Shown: positions 38,832-48,093 of the stretch, one piece after another
Numbering within the stretch: the first letter of the stretch is position 1
Layout: each line of letters opens with the position of its first letter
The notes under the pieces: model-generated
Databases searched by the model: none
The model's input: the letters and a program-made list of their open reading frames with translations, nothing else
What the model was told of the DNA's origin: nothing
Source: an uncultured Candidatus Saccharibacteria bacterium
GTDB taxonomy: Bacteria; Patescibacteriota; Minisyncoccia; Phycocordibacterales; UBA9973
NCBI GenBank assembly: GCA_964496425.1
Contig: CAZBZO010000002.1
Coordinates: forward strand, 2,450 to 66,449
DNA length: 64,000 nt
Direction of reading: 5' to 3'
Translations under genes and position numbers: made by a program

Positions 38832-39071
38832 ATGAAAAAAGTATCCATTTACACCACCGTTTCCTGCCACTTCTGTCATATGGCTAAAGAATTTTTTAAA
38901 GAAAAGGGCGTAGAGTTTGAAGAATATAATGTCGGTACTGATGCTGCACGTCGGAGCGAAATGGTAGAAATCACTGGCCAAATGGGAGTGCCAGTCATCC
39001 GCATCGACAACGATGTCATCATCGGATTCAATAAACCAAAAGTCGTAGAACTCCTGGGGCTGACCGGGTAA
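38832..39071 (+). CDS. glutaredoxin-like protein (NrdH/Grx fold)
   Basis: 79 aa, VSIYTTVSCHFCHMAKEF with CxxC redox motif in thioredoxin-fold context. Confidence 0.7.
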   Translation: MKKVSIYTTVSCHFCHMAKEFFKEKGVEFEEYNVGTDAARRSEMVEITGQMGVPVIRIDNDVIIGFNKPKVVELLGLTG

Positions 39072-39154
39072 TGGTCAGCATCTGTAGACGAGCTTTAAGA
39101 ATAGAGCTAAATATACTAAGATACAGAAGCACTCGATAGCGAGTGTTTTTGTTT

Positions 39155-39226
39155 GCCCTCGTAGTTCAATGGATAGAACAGTCCCGTCCTAAGGGATAGA
39201 TGTACGTTCGATTCGTGCCGAGGGCA
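39155..39226 (+). tRNA. tRNA-Arg (anticodon CCT)
   Basis: Acceptor gccctcg/cgagggc, anticodon loop gtCCTaa, T-arm gtacg-ttcgatt-cgtgc. Confidence 0.8.
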
Positions 39227-39341
39227 CAATTTTAGACATTGGTACTGGGGTCCTATGGATGTACGTTCCCTGCCTGCGGCAGGCAGGGATTCCTGCCTGT
39301 GGCACATTGAAACTGCCTCATTTATATGATATTGTAGGCAC

Positions 39342-39638
39342 ATGGATCCAGAAATGAGGCGCTATTTGGAAGAGGGCCTCGTGCTTTTAAAAGAGAATAA
39401 TAAGATGCTCCATGAGATCCGTGGTTCTCAGCGACGAGGGCAGATCATAAAAGCGCTCTATTGGGCGGTGATTATCGCTGTCACAGTCGGTGGCTATCTT
39501 ATCGCCAAGCCATATTTGGATTCGGTGATGGGTTTATACACGCAGAATAAAGGAGTAGTGGATAGTTTGAAAACATTTAATACCGATGCACAAAACGGTG
39601 ACTTGCAAGAGTTGTTGAAAACACTGCAAGGGAATTAA
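39342..39638 (+). CDS. hypothetical small membrane protein
   Basis: 98 aa, one TM (ALYWAVIIAVTVGGYLIA). Confidence 0.35.
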   Translation: MDPEMRRYLEEGLVLLKENNKMLHEIRGSQRRGQIIKALYWAVIIAVTVGGYLIAKPYLDSVMGLYTQNKGVVDSLKTFNTDAQNGDLQELLKTLQGN

Positions 39639-39647
39639 TTTAAATAT

Positions 39648-39720
39648 GCCAAGGTAGCTCAGTTGGTAGAGCATGTCCCTGAAGAGGATGTGGTCGGCGG
39701 TTCGAGTCCGCCCCTTGGCA
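39648..39720 (+). tRNA. tRNA-Phe (anticodon GAA)
   Basis: Acceptor gccaagg/ccttggc, D-loop agctcagttggtagagc, anticodon loop ctGAAga, T-arm ggcgg-ttcgagt-ccgcc. Confidence 0.85.
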
Positions 39721-39721
39721 C

Positions 39722-39760
39722 CGCAAAACAAAAAACTCCCCGTAGGGAGCTTTTTGGTTT
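39722..39760. terminator. hairpin ctccc-cgta-gggag with flanking A/T runs (bidirectional terminator between tRNA-Phe and convergent hsp20)
   Basis: aaaaaactccccgtagggagctttttgg. Confidence 0.5.
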
Positions 39761-40235
39761 ATACAGATTTGATTCGAAGGAGTGTCTTTCGTCCTTTATC
39801 AATCTTTGGCAAGCGGATCATGAGCAGACCATGACGTTCGATAGCTTCTGCTTCTTCCGGCTCGACTTCTTGCGGGAGGGAAATAGTACGTGAAAAGCTA
39901 CCCCAGTAAAGCTCACGAATAAAAAAGTTGTCGTCAGCGATAGCTTTATTTTCTTCACGTTTGCCTTTGATGGTCACGAGATCTCGAGTGATATTGATCT
40001 GAAGATCCTCGGTCCGTACACCAGCCACCATTGTTTGTATGACTATGTCGGTCGCTGTTTGATACACGTCGACTGAAAGTTGACCTTCTTCACTTTCGTC
40101 AGTGGCCCAGGCGGGATTGCCGAGGCGTTCGCCTTTTTGGCCAAGTGGAGAGACTGGCTCTGCAAGCTCTTCATCTTCGAGACGAATGCCGCCAGTGATT
40201 TTTTCAAAAAAGGATCTTTTTTTCTTATTAAACAT
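39759..40235 (-). CDS. Hsp20/alpha-crystallin family small heat-shock protein
   Basis: 158 aa with alpha-crystallin domain pattern (DVYQT..DIVIQTMVAGV..DLQINITRDLVTIKG...ISLP). Confidence 0.8.
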   Translation of the reverse strand: MFNKKKRSFFEKITGGIRLEDEELAEPVSPLGQKGERLGNPAWATDESEEGQLSVDVYQTATDIVIQTMVAGVRTEDLQINITRDLVTIKGKREENKAIADDNFFIRELYWGSFSRTISLPQEVEPEEAEAIERHGLLMIRLPKIDKGRKTLLRIKSV

Positions 40236-40252
40236 AGTATAAGGATTTGGCT

Positions 40253-40969
40253 TCAGGCAAAATCTCCCATGCGCCGAAGTTTTTCAAATAGAAGCATTAT
40301 AATAATCGACACGACCCACAAAAACGCGAACACTTGCAGAAAGTTTATTCCGTTGTTTTCTATTATAAAGAAATTGAAGATACTGTGCAAGGCGACAGAG
40401 AAGATCACGCCGCCTACGCAATAGATAAACTTCACACCTTTGGATTGAAAGAAAGCAAGTCCGAGCGAAATACCGATCAAGGCGCTCGATGTGGCATGAA
40501 GTAAGGTGGCGCCCATAAAACGCAGGTTGCCGGTGAGGAGTGAGACCGTGGTGTCGTTGACGGTAATCGGGTAGATCAGGAAGAGTGCGTTTTCAAGTGC
40601 TGCGAAGCCCAAAGCGCAAGTAATGAAATAAATTGGGTAGTCGACTGGCTGGTCGACTTCTTGGCTTTTAAGGGCAATGATGAAGACTGCAGCAAACTTC
40701 ATGAGTTCTTCTGCTGCCGCCCAAAGGATAGTCAGGATGTTAGAGTCATTTGAAAGGGTAGCGATGAATTTTTCAACTGGCAAGACAAGAATCACTGCAA
40801 ACATACCCATGATGAAGGTCAGAAAGAGGAGTCCGGTTGGTTCGGGATTGTCTTTATCTTCGCGGAGCCAAAAGTGAAGCCAGAAAATAGCTGGCACCAT
40901 GCCGCCGGCCAAGGCGATCAGAAGTGTCGTCGGGTCGTTTGAAAATGCGACGTTGCTAAGACTGTTCAT
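40253..40969 (-). CDS. PrsW-family intramembrane metalloprotease
   Basis: AAAEELMKF (EExxK), FALGFAALEN and HATSSALIG motifs across multiple TM helices, characteristic of PrsW/CPBP proteases. Confidence 0.65.
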   Translation of the reverse strand: MNSLSNVAFSNDPTTLLIALAGGMVPAIFWLHFWLREDKDNPEPTGLLFLTFIMGMFAVILVLPVEKFIATLSNDSNILTILWAAAEELMKFAAVFIIALKSQEVDQPVDYPIYFITCALGFAALENALFLIYPITVNDTTVSLLTGNLRFMGATLLHATSSALIGISLGLAFFQSKGVKFIYCVGGVIFSVALHSIFNFFIIENNGINFLQVFAFLWVVSIIIMLLFEKLRRMGDFA

Positions 40970-43118
40970 TGTGAGTCGGCCAAGAGCTTGCGATTAATAA
41001 TCTGCTGTCTTTCTTTTGGCTTTCGGGCATCATGCTCCAGATCTCCTCTGTCACAAACGGCATAAAAGGATGGAGAGCCCTGATTAATATTTCATGTTGA
41101 GATTTTAAGATCCATTTGGCAGACTCCACGTTTTTTCCTTCAAGGATTTTTTTCTTACTGCGTTCTATTATTATATCAGCAAAGGTATGCCAGAAATAAT
41201 GATAGATTTTTTCTCCAGCTAGATAAAATTTGTACTCATTCATCTCAGTGGTGATGGTGTCGATAAGTGTACCCAGTTCGTCGACTGATTTTTGATCTTC
41301 TTCGTCATAGACTGGCATACTTTCTAAGTCATGCGTATTATCAAATACAAAGCGAGTCGCATTCCAGACCTTATTGGCAAATTTACCATACCCTTTAACA
41401 TCGTTTTCAGAAAGTTTGGAATCGTTGCCTGGACCTGTGCCGATAATCATCGCCATACGAAGTGCGTCGGCGCCGTATTTATCGACAAGTCCGACTGGGT
41501 CAACAATGTTGCCGAGAGATTTGCTCATCTTGCGGCCTTTCTCGTCGCGTACTAAACCATGGAGATATACAGTTTCAAACGGGATCTCGCCTAAAAGATA
41601 GGTACTCATCAAAATCATTCGTGCTACCCAGAAGAAAATAATATCGTAGCCAGTTTCAAGGACGGTTGTCGGATGGAATGTTTTTAGATCAGCTGTTTCG
41701 TCTGGCCAGCCGAGCGTGGAGAAGGTCCAGAGTCCGGACGAAAACCATGTATCGAGCGTATCTTCGTCTTGGATCCATCCTTCGCCAGTTGGAGCAATGA
41801 CTCCACAGTAAATTTCTTCACCTTTGTACCAGACCGGAATGCGATGCCCGTACCAGATCTGTCGAGAGATACACCAATCCCGAAGATTATTGATCCAGTT
41901 GAAGTACACACGTTCAAAGTGGTCGGGGAGTATGGTAATATTTTTATTTTCTACCGGAGCAAGCATGAGCTCTTTGAGGCTTTTATTGTCACGGTGTGCA
42001 ATCGGTTTGTTGACGTCGATAAACCACTGGTTCATGATCTGCGGCTCTATCGTAGCTCCAGTGCGTTCTGCTGTAGCAATGTTGTGAGTGTAGTCTTCAG
42101 TTTTTTCTACCAAGCCCTTTGCTCCTAGTTTTTCGATTATTTTTTCTCGAGCCTCGGTTATTTTTATACCAGCAAATTCTCCTGCGATCGGCAAGAGCTT
42201 GCCGTACTTATCAATGATTTGCTCTTTGTCGAGTTTGTGCCGTTCAGCGATCTCAAAGTCTATGACTGAATGCCATGGAGTGATTGTCATCACCCCTGTG
42301 CCAAACTCCATATCTATGGCTTCGTCTTTTATGATCGTGGCAGTGATCGGGCCATTGATCCATTCAAGCTCGATCTGTTGACCATGAGTATAGTCAGCAT
42401 ACCGTGTGTCGGCAGGATGCATGACGACGTATTTATCTCCAAACTTTGTTTCTGGTCGGGCGGTACCGATCGTGAACGGTCCATATTTCAAGTAATAGAA
42501 TTTTGTTTTTTCTTCCACATATACGAGCTCATCGTCGGAAATAACAGTCTGTCCTTTTGGATCCCAGTTGACGATGCGATGACCGCGATAAATAAGTTTA
42601 TCGTCATACATTTTTTTGAAGGCTGTGTAGACGGCACGCTCTCGAGGAGCGTCGAGGGTGAATGCTTCACGCGACCAATCAAGCGATGCTCCCATTTTTT
42701 TACATTGTCCGACGATGGTGTCGTGGCTCTCTTTTGCAAAAGCATCCACGCGCTTGAGGAATTCTTCTCGCCCTAAGTCAGTTTTTCGTTTACCTTCTTC
42801 TTTTTCGAGAATCTTTTCGACTTTTGACTGCGTAGCGATCGCCGCATGGTCGGTGCCAGGCAGCCACAGAGTGCGCTTGCCCTGCATACGAGCATAGCGA
42901 GTCATGATGTCTTCGATCACGAGCATAAGCGCATGGCCAGTGTGGAGAGTACCAGTGACGTTCGGCGGCGGCAAAACAATAGAGAAGGGCGTTGCGTCAG
43001 GCGCAGTGATGCCTTTTTGAACACAGATATCAGGATTAAAAAAACCTGAGTCTTCCCAGGCGGTATAGATCCTCGCCTCGGTCGCTTTGGGATCATAGGG
43101 TTTCAGCAATTTATCCAT
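40956..43118 (-). CDS. valS: valyl-tRNA synthetase (compact 720-aa form)
   Basis: PPPNVTGTLHTGHAL (HIGH), KMSKSLGN (KMSKS), N-terminus parallels E. coli ValRS; lacks long C-terminal coiled coil. Confidence 0.85.
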   Translation of the reverse strand: MDKLLKPYDPKATEARIYTAWEDSGFFNPDICVQKGITAPDATPFSIVLPPPNVTGTLHTGHALMLVIEDIMTRYARMQGKRTLWLPGTDHAAIATQSKVEKILEKEEGKRKTDLGREEFLKRVDAFAKESHDTIVGQCKKMGASLDWSREAFTLDAPRERAVYTAFKKMYDDKLIYRGHRIVNWDPKGQTVISDDELVYVEEKTKFYYLKYGPFTIGTARPETKFGDKYVVMHPADTRYADYTHGQQIELEWINGPITATIIKDEAIDMEFGTGVMTITPWHSVIDFEIAERHKLDKEQIIDKYGKLLPIAGEFAGIKITEAREKIIEKLGAKGLVEKTEDYTHNIATAERTGATIEPQIMNQWFIDVNKPIAHRDNKSLKELMLAPVENKNITILPDHFERVYFNWINNLRDWCISRQIWYGHRIPVWYKGEEIYCGVIAPTGEGWIQDEDTLDTWFSSGLWTFSTLGWPDETADLKTFHPTTVLETGYDIIFFWVARMILMSTYLLGEIPFETVYLHGLVRDEKGRKMSKSLGNIVDPVGLVDKYGADALRMAMIIGTGPGNDSKLSENDVKGYGKFANKVWNATRFVFDNTHDLESMPVYDEEDQKSVDELGTLIDTITTEMNEYKFYLAGEKIYHYFWHTFADIIIERSKKKILEGKNVESAKWILKSQHEILIRALHPFMPFVTEEIWSMMPESQKKDSRLLIASSWPTHNEQS

Positions 43119-43200
43119 GCGTTTACTATACCAATTTTTATTATTTTTCGTACTTTGACTTTCTCAATTAATATGGTATTTTTACAAAAATCTTCGTAAA

Positions 43201-43674
43201 ATGAAAAAATCAACACATGGAAACATTGCCGCAATTTACATTTGTTCTGTCGCTGGAGAACCAATGCAATTAGTGCAAGAAGTTGAAGCTATTGCTGGTA
43301 GTGGCCTAAAGGGTGATCGCTACAGTACGGCTGAAGGCAGCTTCAACAAAGGAAAGCAAGGGAACAGACAAGTAACCTTGATTAATGGAATGTTTTTTGA
43401 AAAAAGTGGTTTTGACTATATTGATAGCAGACGCAATATTGTTACGTTAGGTGTTGAGCTCATGTGGCTCATTGGCCGGGAATTTCAAGTCGGGACTGCG
43501 TATTTTCGTGGAGTAAAATACTGTGATCCCTGCGATCGACCAAGTAATCTTGCCACTAAAAAAATTAGTTTCAAAGAAGCATTCTTTGATCGTGGCGGTC
43601 TCATTGCCGAAATAATCGAAAGTGGTTTGATAAAGATTGGTGACCAAATTGTTCCGCCACCAAAAAACTACTAA
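43201..43674 (+). CDS. MOSC-domain protein
   Basis: beta-barrel MOSC pattern incl. GLKGDRY and conserved Cys (YCDPC); 157 aa. Confidence 0.65.
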   Translation: MKKSTHGNIAAIYICSVAGEPMQLVQEVEAIAGSGLKGDRYSTAEGSFNKGKQGNRQVTLINGMFFEKSGFDYIDSRRNIVTLGVELMWLIGREFQVGTAYFRGVKYCDPCDRPSNLATKKISFKEAFFDRGGLIAEIIESGLIKIGDQIVPPPKNY

Positions 43675-43691
43675 ACAAGTATCCATTACTG

Positions 43692-43724
43692 GTCGCGCTG
43701 GCATTTAACCAGCGCGACTTTTTA
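43692..43724. terminator. bidirectional rho-independent terminator (gtcgcgctgg-N7-ccagcgcgac + T-run)
   Basis: 10-bp perfect GC-rich stem between convergent MOSC and tsaD genes. Confidence 0.75.
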
Positions 43725-43732
43725 TTTGGATT

Positions 43733-44983
43733 TTAATTTCCAAGTTGCAGGTTTCCCTGTGCAAGAATAGTTTTAGAAAATTTTTTCTTTGTACGAGATT
43801 GCATATAACCAGCAATGGCGATCATGAGGGAATTATCGCCGGTCATGTCGGAGCGGGGGAAGAGGACATTAATGTCTAATTTCAAATTACTAATTACTAA
43901 TTGAAGTTGCTTACAGAGGTGTTTGTTGGCAGCTACGCCTCCTCCGACGATCAGTGTTTTGATTTTATAGTGCTCAATAGCTTTACATGTTTTTGCGACC
44001 AAAACATCCACAACGGCATCCTCGAATTCTCGAGCGATTTCATTTTTTATACTATTGTTTTGTAAAATTGCGGGATTTGGTTTTTTTAAATCCCGAAGCA
44101 AGTAAAGAACAGCGGTCTTAAGACCCGAGAAAGAAAAATCGTAGTCTTTGCTGTGGATCATTGGGCGCGGCAGAGTAACTTGTAACATGTCACTTGTCAC
44201 ATGTGATTTTAGCTTTCTCGCTATTTCTCCAAGCTTGGAAATCTGCGGTCCACCGGGATAGGGAAGCTCGAGCATGCGAGCGACTTTGTCGAAGGCTTCG
44301 CCAGCTGCATCGTCGCGTGTTTGTCCGAGGATTTTATATGAGCCCCACTTTTTCATAAGTACAAGCTCGGTATGTCCGCCAGAGACCAGCAAAGAAAGTG
44401 CTGGAAACTCTAAATCCGAAATTCTAAATTCTAATTTTTTCGATCTTAGAGTTTCGAGCTTAGAGTTTTGTTTCTGTTTTTGTTGAGGAACAAAAACAGA
44501 AAAGACGTGTCCTTCCATGTGATTGACTGGCACGACGGGAACATTCCATAGTTTTGCCAACGCTTGAGCGAAGTTGATGCCGACCCAGAGTGCTGGTTCA
44601 AGCCCCGGACCGACAGTGACGGCAATAAGATCGATACTGGGTTTTTTTATCGTAGGAATAAATTGTAAAAAATGCTCCAGGAGTTCAGGCTCACGCGTAA
44701 GGGCGGATTTGAGTTGTGCGATTTGAGACTGAGATAATTCAGGACCGCCTTTTTTTATTTTTACGAACAACTTTGATTTTTTGAGAACTTTTTCAAAGAG
44801 GGGAATGAGAGCCTTGGCATGTTCTCGCTTGGCCATCATTGGGAAGACGCCACCATATTGTTCATGCAGTTTGGCTTGCGAAGCGACCAGGTTGGCCTCC
44901 ACAGTAAAGACACCTTTCTTGTCTACGCTTACAATCGAAAGGGCTGTTTCATCGCACGATGTTTCAATAGATAAAATTCGCAT
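43733..44983 (-). CDS. tsaD: tRNA N6-adenosine threonylcarbamoyltransferase TsaD (with lineage-specific insertions)
   Basis: MRILSIETSCDETALSIV N-terminus, HMEGH metal site, VSGG; 416 aa vs ~340 typical, extra Lys/Gln-rich insert. Confidence 0.85.
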   Translation of the reverse strand: MRILSIETSCDETALSIVSVDKKGVFTVEANLVASQAKLHEQYGGVFPMMAKREHAKALIPLFEKVLKKSKLFVKIKKGGPELSQSQIAQLKSALTREPELLEHFLQFIPTIKKPSIDLIAVTVGPGLEPALWVGINFAQALAKLWNVPVVPVNHMEGHVFSVFVPQQKQKQNSKLETLRSKKLEFRISDLEFPALSLLVSGGHTELVLMKKWGSYKILGQTRDDAAGEAFDKVARMLELPYPGGPQISKLGEIARKLKSHVTSDMLQVTLPRPMIHSKDYDFSFSGLKTAVLYLLRDLKKPNPAILQNNSIKNEIAREFEDAVVDVLVAKTCKAIEHYKIKTLIVGGGVAANKHLCKQLQLVISNLKLDINVLFPRSDMTGDNSLMIAIAGYMQSRTKKKFSKTILAQGNLQLGN

Positions 44984-45004
44984 GTTCTATTAACTACTTA
45001 CTAT

Positions 45005-46540
45005 CTAAATTCCCCGCATGACTTCGATTTTGGCACCAAGAGTATTTAAGCGCCGAGCTAAATCAGCATAGCCACGGGTAATAGAATGCACATTGCGAAG
45101 CGTTGATACGCCTTCAGCTCCGAGCATGGCGATCAAGATAGAAGCTGATGGCCGGAGTGCGGGCGGGCAGATGATTTGGGCGCCACGAAGTTTGGTGCTG
45201 CCGGTAACGAGTGCTCGATGTTGATCAAGAAGTTTTACATCTGCACCTAAACGATTGAGTTCGGTAAAATAAATGGCTCGGTTTTCCCATGACCAATCAT
45301 GAATGAGGGTAGTGCCGGTAGCAATAGCAGAAATAGGCACAAAAAACGGCAGACTATCGTTTTGAAGTCCGGGAAAGGGTTGGGTGTGGAGCTTATCATG
45401 CAGTGCGTGCAATTTCGAAGGCGCAATAGTGATGTCGACAAGCTTCGTTTTGCCGTTTTTTGAAAGATACGGTGCACTTTGTGTGTACGACTGACCCATG
45501 CGAGAGAGTTTTTCAAGTTCAAGCTCGAGAAAATCAATCGGCACTCTTTTTATCGTGAGTGTCGAATGAGTCAGGATACCAGCTGCCAGGAAAAACATAC
45601 TTTCAATCGGATCTTCGCTATTGTAGTGTTCAACAGTTTGGTTTATGTCTGCGATACCGTGCACAATAAGTGTTGTCGTGCCGATACCTTCAATGACAAC
45701 GCCCATCTTTTCGAGTAAGAAACAGACATCTTGAACTTGATAGTTTGGCGGAGCAAACTTGATCGTTGTGGTACCAGGAATACGCGCAGCAGCCGCAATC
45801 ATACATATGGCTCCTGTGTCACTTGATTCGTAGAGAATGATCGTTCGATCTTTTTTGAGATTTTTTGGACGAGTAATGTGGTAGCCGTCCTCTTTGGTAG
45901 TGATTTTCACACCGAGCGTTTCCAGACCGTAGCGATTTGAAGAAATAGTACGCTCTCCCATTTTGCATCCACCAGCATGCGGAAAAACAAATTTATCTGC
46001 GTAGTGAATAAGACTACCAAGAAAGGTGGCACTTCTGGTTTTGGTAACTGCATCTCGATCGATATGATCAAATGTCATTTTTTTACCTGGTATGATTTCT
46101 ACGGTGTCTGCTGAAAGCCACCGTACCTCAACACCGAGACTTTTCATGATAGCAATGTAACGATACACTTCATCAATCTCTGGAATGCCATGGAGGATTG
46201 TTTTGCCGCGGTTGACTAATGCCGCACAGAACATATTGATTGCTCCATTTTTTGAAGTATTGGTGGTGATTGAGCCATGGAGCTTGCGGCCGCCGTAGAT
46301 TTTGAAATCAAGCGATTCTGACAAGCCGACAAGCTTGCGCTCCAGTACTTCACCGATCTTTGTGAGCTGTTCTAGGGTCAGATTTTGACCGCCTCTTTCC
46401 ATACGGGCGACCGCGCTTTGGGAGGTACCTAAGGCTTTGGCGAAATCGCTTTGAGTCATGGATTTTTCTTCGCGGAGTTTCTTTATTCGATCCCCAATTT
46501 TCTCGGAGTCGCTTTTCTGGGCTGTTTTTGTTGATGCCAT
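45005..46540 (-). CDS. murA: fusion protein: N-terminal XRE-family HTH domain + UDP-N-acetylglucosamine 1-carboxyvinyltransferase (MurA)
   Basis: HTH_3 segment (LREEKSMTQSDFAKALGTSQSAVARMERG) followed by complete MurA (KLHGSITTNTSKNGAINMF..., active-site GGCKMGERTISS, C-terminal ITRGYADLARRLNTLGAKIEVMRG). Confidence 0.8.
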   Translation of the reverse strand: MASTKTAQKSDSEKIGDRIKKLREEKSMTQSDFAKALGTSQSAVARMERGGQNLTLEQLTKIGEVLERKLVGLSESLDFKIYGGRKLHGSITTNTSKNGAINMFCAALVNRGKTILHGIPEIDEVYRYIAIMKSLGVEVRWLSADTVEIIPGKKMTFDHIDRDAVTKTRSATFLGSLIHYADKFVFPHAGGCKMGERTISSNRYGLETLGVKITTKEDGYHITRPKNLKKDRTIILYESSDTGAICMIAAAARIPGTTTIKFAPPNYQVQDVCFLLEKMGVVIEGIGTTTLIVHGIADINQTVEHYNSEDPIESMFFLAAGILTHSTLTIKRVPIDFLELELEKLSRMGQSYTQSAPYLSKNGKTKLVDITIAPSKLHALHDKLHTQPFPGLQNDSLPFFVPISAIATGTTLIHDWSWENRAIYFTELNRLGADVKLLDQHRALVTGSTKLRGAQIICPPALRPSASILIAMLGAEGVSTLRNVHSITRGYADLARRLNTLGAKIEVMRGI

Positions 46541-46547
46541 ATTGTGG

Positions 46548-46571
46548 AAGTATATCATATATGATATACTT
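46548..46571. promoter_or_regulatory. 24-bp perfect palindrome (aagtatatcatatatgatatactt) in murA/murB divergent intergenic region; candidate operator
   Basis: perfect dyad symmetry; contains TATGAT/TATACT -10-like hexamers in both orientations; 8 bp from HTH-MurA start codon. Confidence 0.5.
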
Positions 46572-46578
46572 GGCAAGT

Positions 46579-47607
46579 ATGATAGATATGCATCACAACG
46601 TCGCACTTGCTCGGTATTCAACGTTTCGAATGGGTAGTACGGCCGCATATTTTGCCAGTGTCTCGTCTTTGCCTGAAATAGAAGAGTGTCTTTCTTTTGC
46701 AGATGCTAATAATCTTCCCGTCATTGTGTTAGGCGGGGGATCCAATACAATATTTGCCTCAGTAGAGCCGCTCAATGCTTTCGTAATAAAAATAGATAGT
46801 AAGGGCAAAAAAATTATTTCTACAAATGAGAACAGTACGCTGGTGGAGATCGGAGCCGGGGAAAATTGGGACGATGTGGTGGCATGGAGCGTAGAAAATA
46901 ATCTCTCGGGAATTGAAATGCTCTCTGCCATACCTGGTACCTCTGGAGCTACCCCCATACAAAATGTTGGCGCATACGGTGGCGAGATCAAAAATGTCCT
47001 CGTATCACTTCGGGCCTACGATAGACATTCTCGTAGCGTTGTCACGCTTTCAAACACCGACTGTGGGTTTGGGTATCGCGATAGTATTTTTAAAAAAGAT
47101 GCTCGTGACCGTTATATTATTCTTAGTATTACTTTGCGACTATCTCCCCATGCACCCGAGGCTCCAGAGTACCCAGGTGTGAAGAAGTATTTTGATGAGA
47201 AGGGAATCGTTTCGCCCACTCTTTTGCAAATCCGTGAAGCTATTGTCGCCATCCGAGCCCATAAGCTGCCAGATCCCCGGGATATAGCATCGGTGGGTTC
47301 TTTTTTTAAGAACCCGTTTATAGAGACCCAAAAAGCGCTTACGCTCAAAACGAAGTATCCAACACTCGCTGTTTTCCCAGTAAGTGAAACTCAGGCGAAG
47401 ATAGGTGCGGGATCACTGCTTGATACGCTCGGACTTCGAGGAAAAGTATTTGGCAATTTGTCACTGTATGCCGGCAATGCATTAGTGATTGTAAACAATG
47501 GTCAGACGCGACCAGAAGAGCTTTTAGAACTCAAGGAGTACATTATTTCTGAAGTAGAAAAAAAATTCGGTATTACACTTGAACCTGAACCAGTGTTTGT
47601 GACTTGA
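46579..47607 (+). CDS. murB: UDP-N-acetylenolpyruvoylglucosamine reductase MurB
   Basis: FAD-binding PCMH domain (ARYSTFRMGSTAAYF...VLGGGSN), C-terminal MurB domain. Confidence 0.85.
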   Translation: MIDMHHNVALARYSTFRMGSTAAYFASVSSLPEIEECLSFADANNLPVIVLGGGSNTIFASVEPLNAFVIKIDSKGKKIISTNENSTLVEIGAGENWDDVVAWSVENNLSGIEMLSAIPGTSGATPIQNVGAYGGEIKNVLVSLRAYDRHSRSVVTLSNTDCGFGYRDSIFKKDARDRYIILSITLRLSPHAPEAPEYPGVKKYFDEKGIVSPTLLQIREAIVAIRAHKLPDPRDIASVGSFFKNPFIETQKALTLKTKYPTLAVFPVSETQAKIGAGSLLDTLGLRGKVFGNLSLYAGNALVIVNNGQTRPEELLELKEYIISEVEKKFGITLEPEPVFVT

Positions 47608-47612
47608 TCATT

Positions 47613-47631
47613 GTGCGCGATAGAGGATTCG
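47613..47631. repeat. 19-bp exact copy of tRNA-Val 3' end (att-like island boundary)
   Basis: gtgcgcgatagaggattcg identical to 53045-53063 (3' acceptor/T-arm part of minus-strand tRNA-Val); 6 nt after murB stop. Confidence 0.8.
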
Positions 47632-47787
47632 GTCACAGATAATTTTCTGCTGAAAATTTCCGCGAGTCTCCGACGACACGATCCTCTGATCGCCCGCCTC
47701 GCGCCGCCGCGCTTTGGCTTTCTCATCCCTTTCGCATCGCAATGATGCTCCACTCGAATAGTTCCCAACTATTCTCGTGGATCATTG

Positions 47788-48008
47788 TGCACCTTAGGAA
47801 TAAAATTACGAACCCTCCATATCTGGCAAATTTCCCAAACGGTGCTGCTATATCTACTGATTCTGGAAATAGTGCGCTTGGTACTGATCCAGAATTTTGG
47901 CAGAAAGTAAGGAATGACATAGTCACTCTCAGTGAGATTATAAAGGATAGTGGGAAAGAAGACAATGAGGAGGAATTGTCATTTCTAGCACGTTATCCTG
48001 GGCAATGA
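47788..48008. repeat. ~210-bp direct repeat copy 1 flanking defence cassette (contains 71-nt 100% identical core 47895-47965; encodes small ORF)
   Basis: aligns with 51344-51556; small + strand ORF 47742..48008 and minus ORF 47723..47965 both have paralogs in copy 2. Confidence 0.8.
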
Positions 48009-48093
48009 TTCTTTTTTTTGATTATTCTCATTCAAAAGTATTGAATTTAATAAATAGCTTTATCTGCAAGAGTAAAAATGCTAAATTGCATAT

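Noticed and set aside
39244-39256. tRNA-Arg 3' duplication as an integration scar
   Set aside because: Only ~11-12 nt match. This is too short to distinguish from chance, unlike the 19-nt exact tRNA-Val repeat.
39116-39893. ORFs 39116..39343 (-) and 39663..39893 (+)
   Set aside because: They overlap tRNA-Arg and tRNA-Phe respectively, and the intervening hairpins. They are almost certainly spurious.
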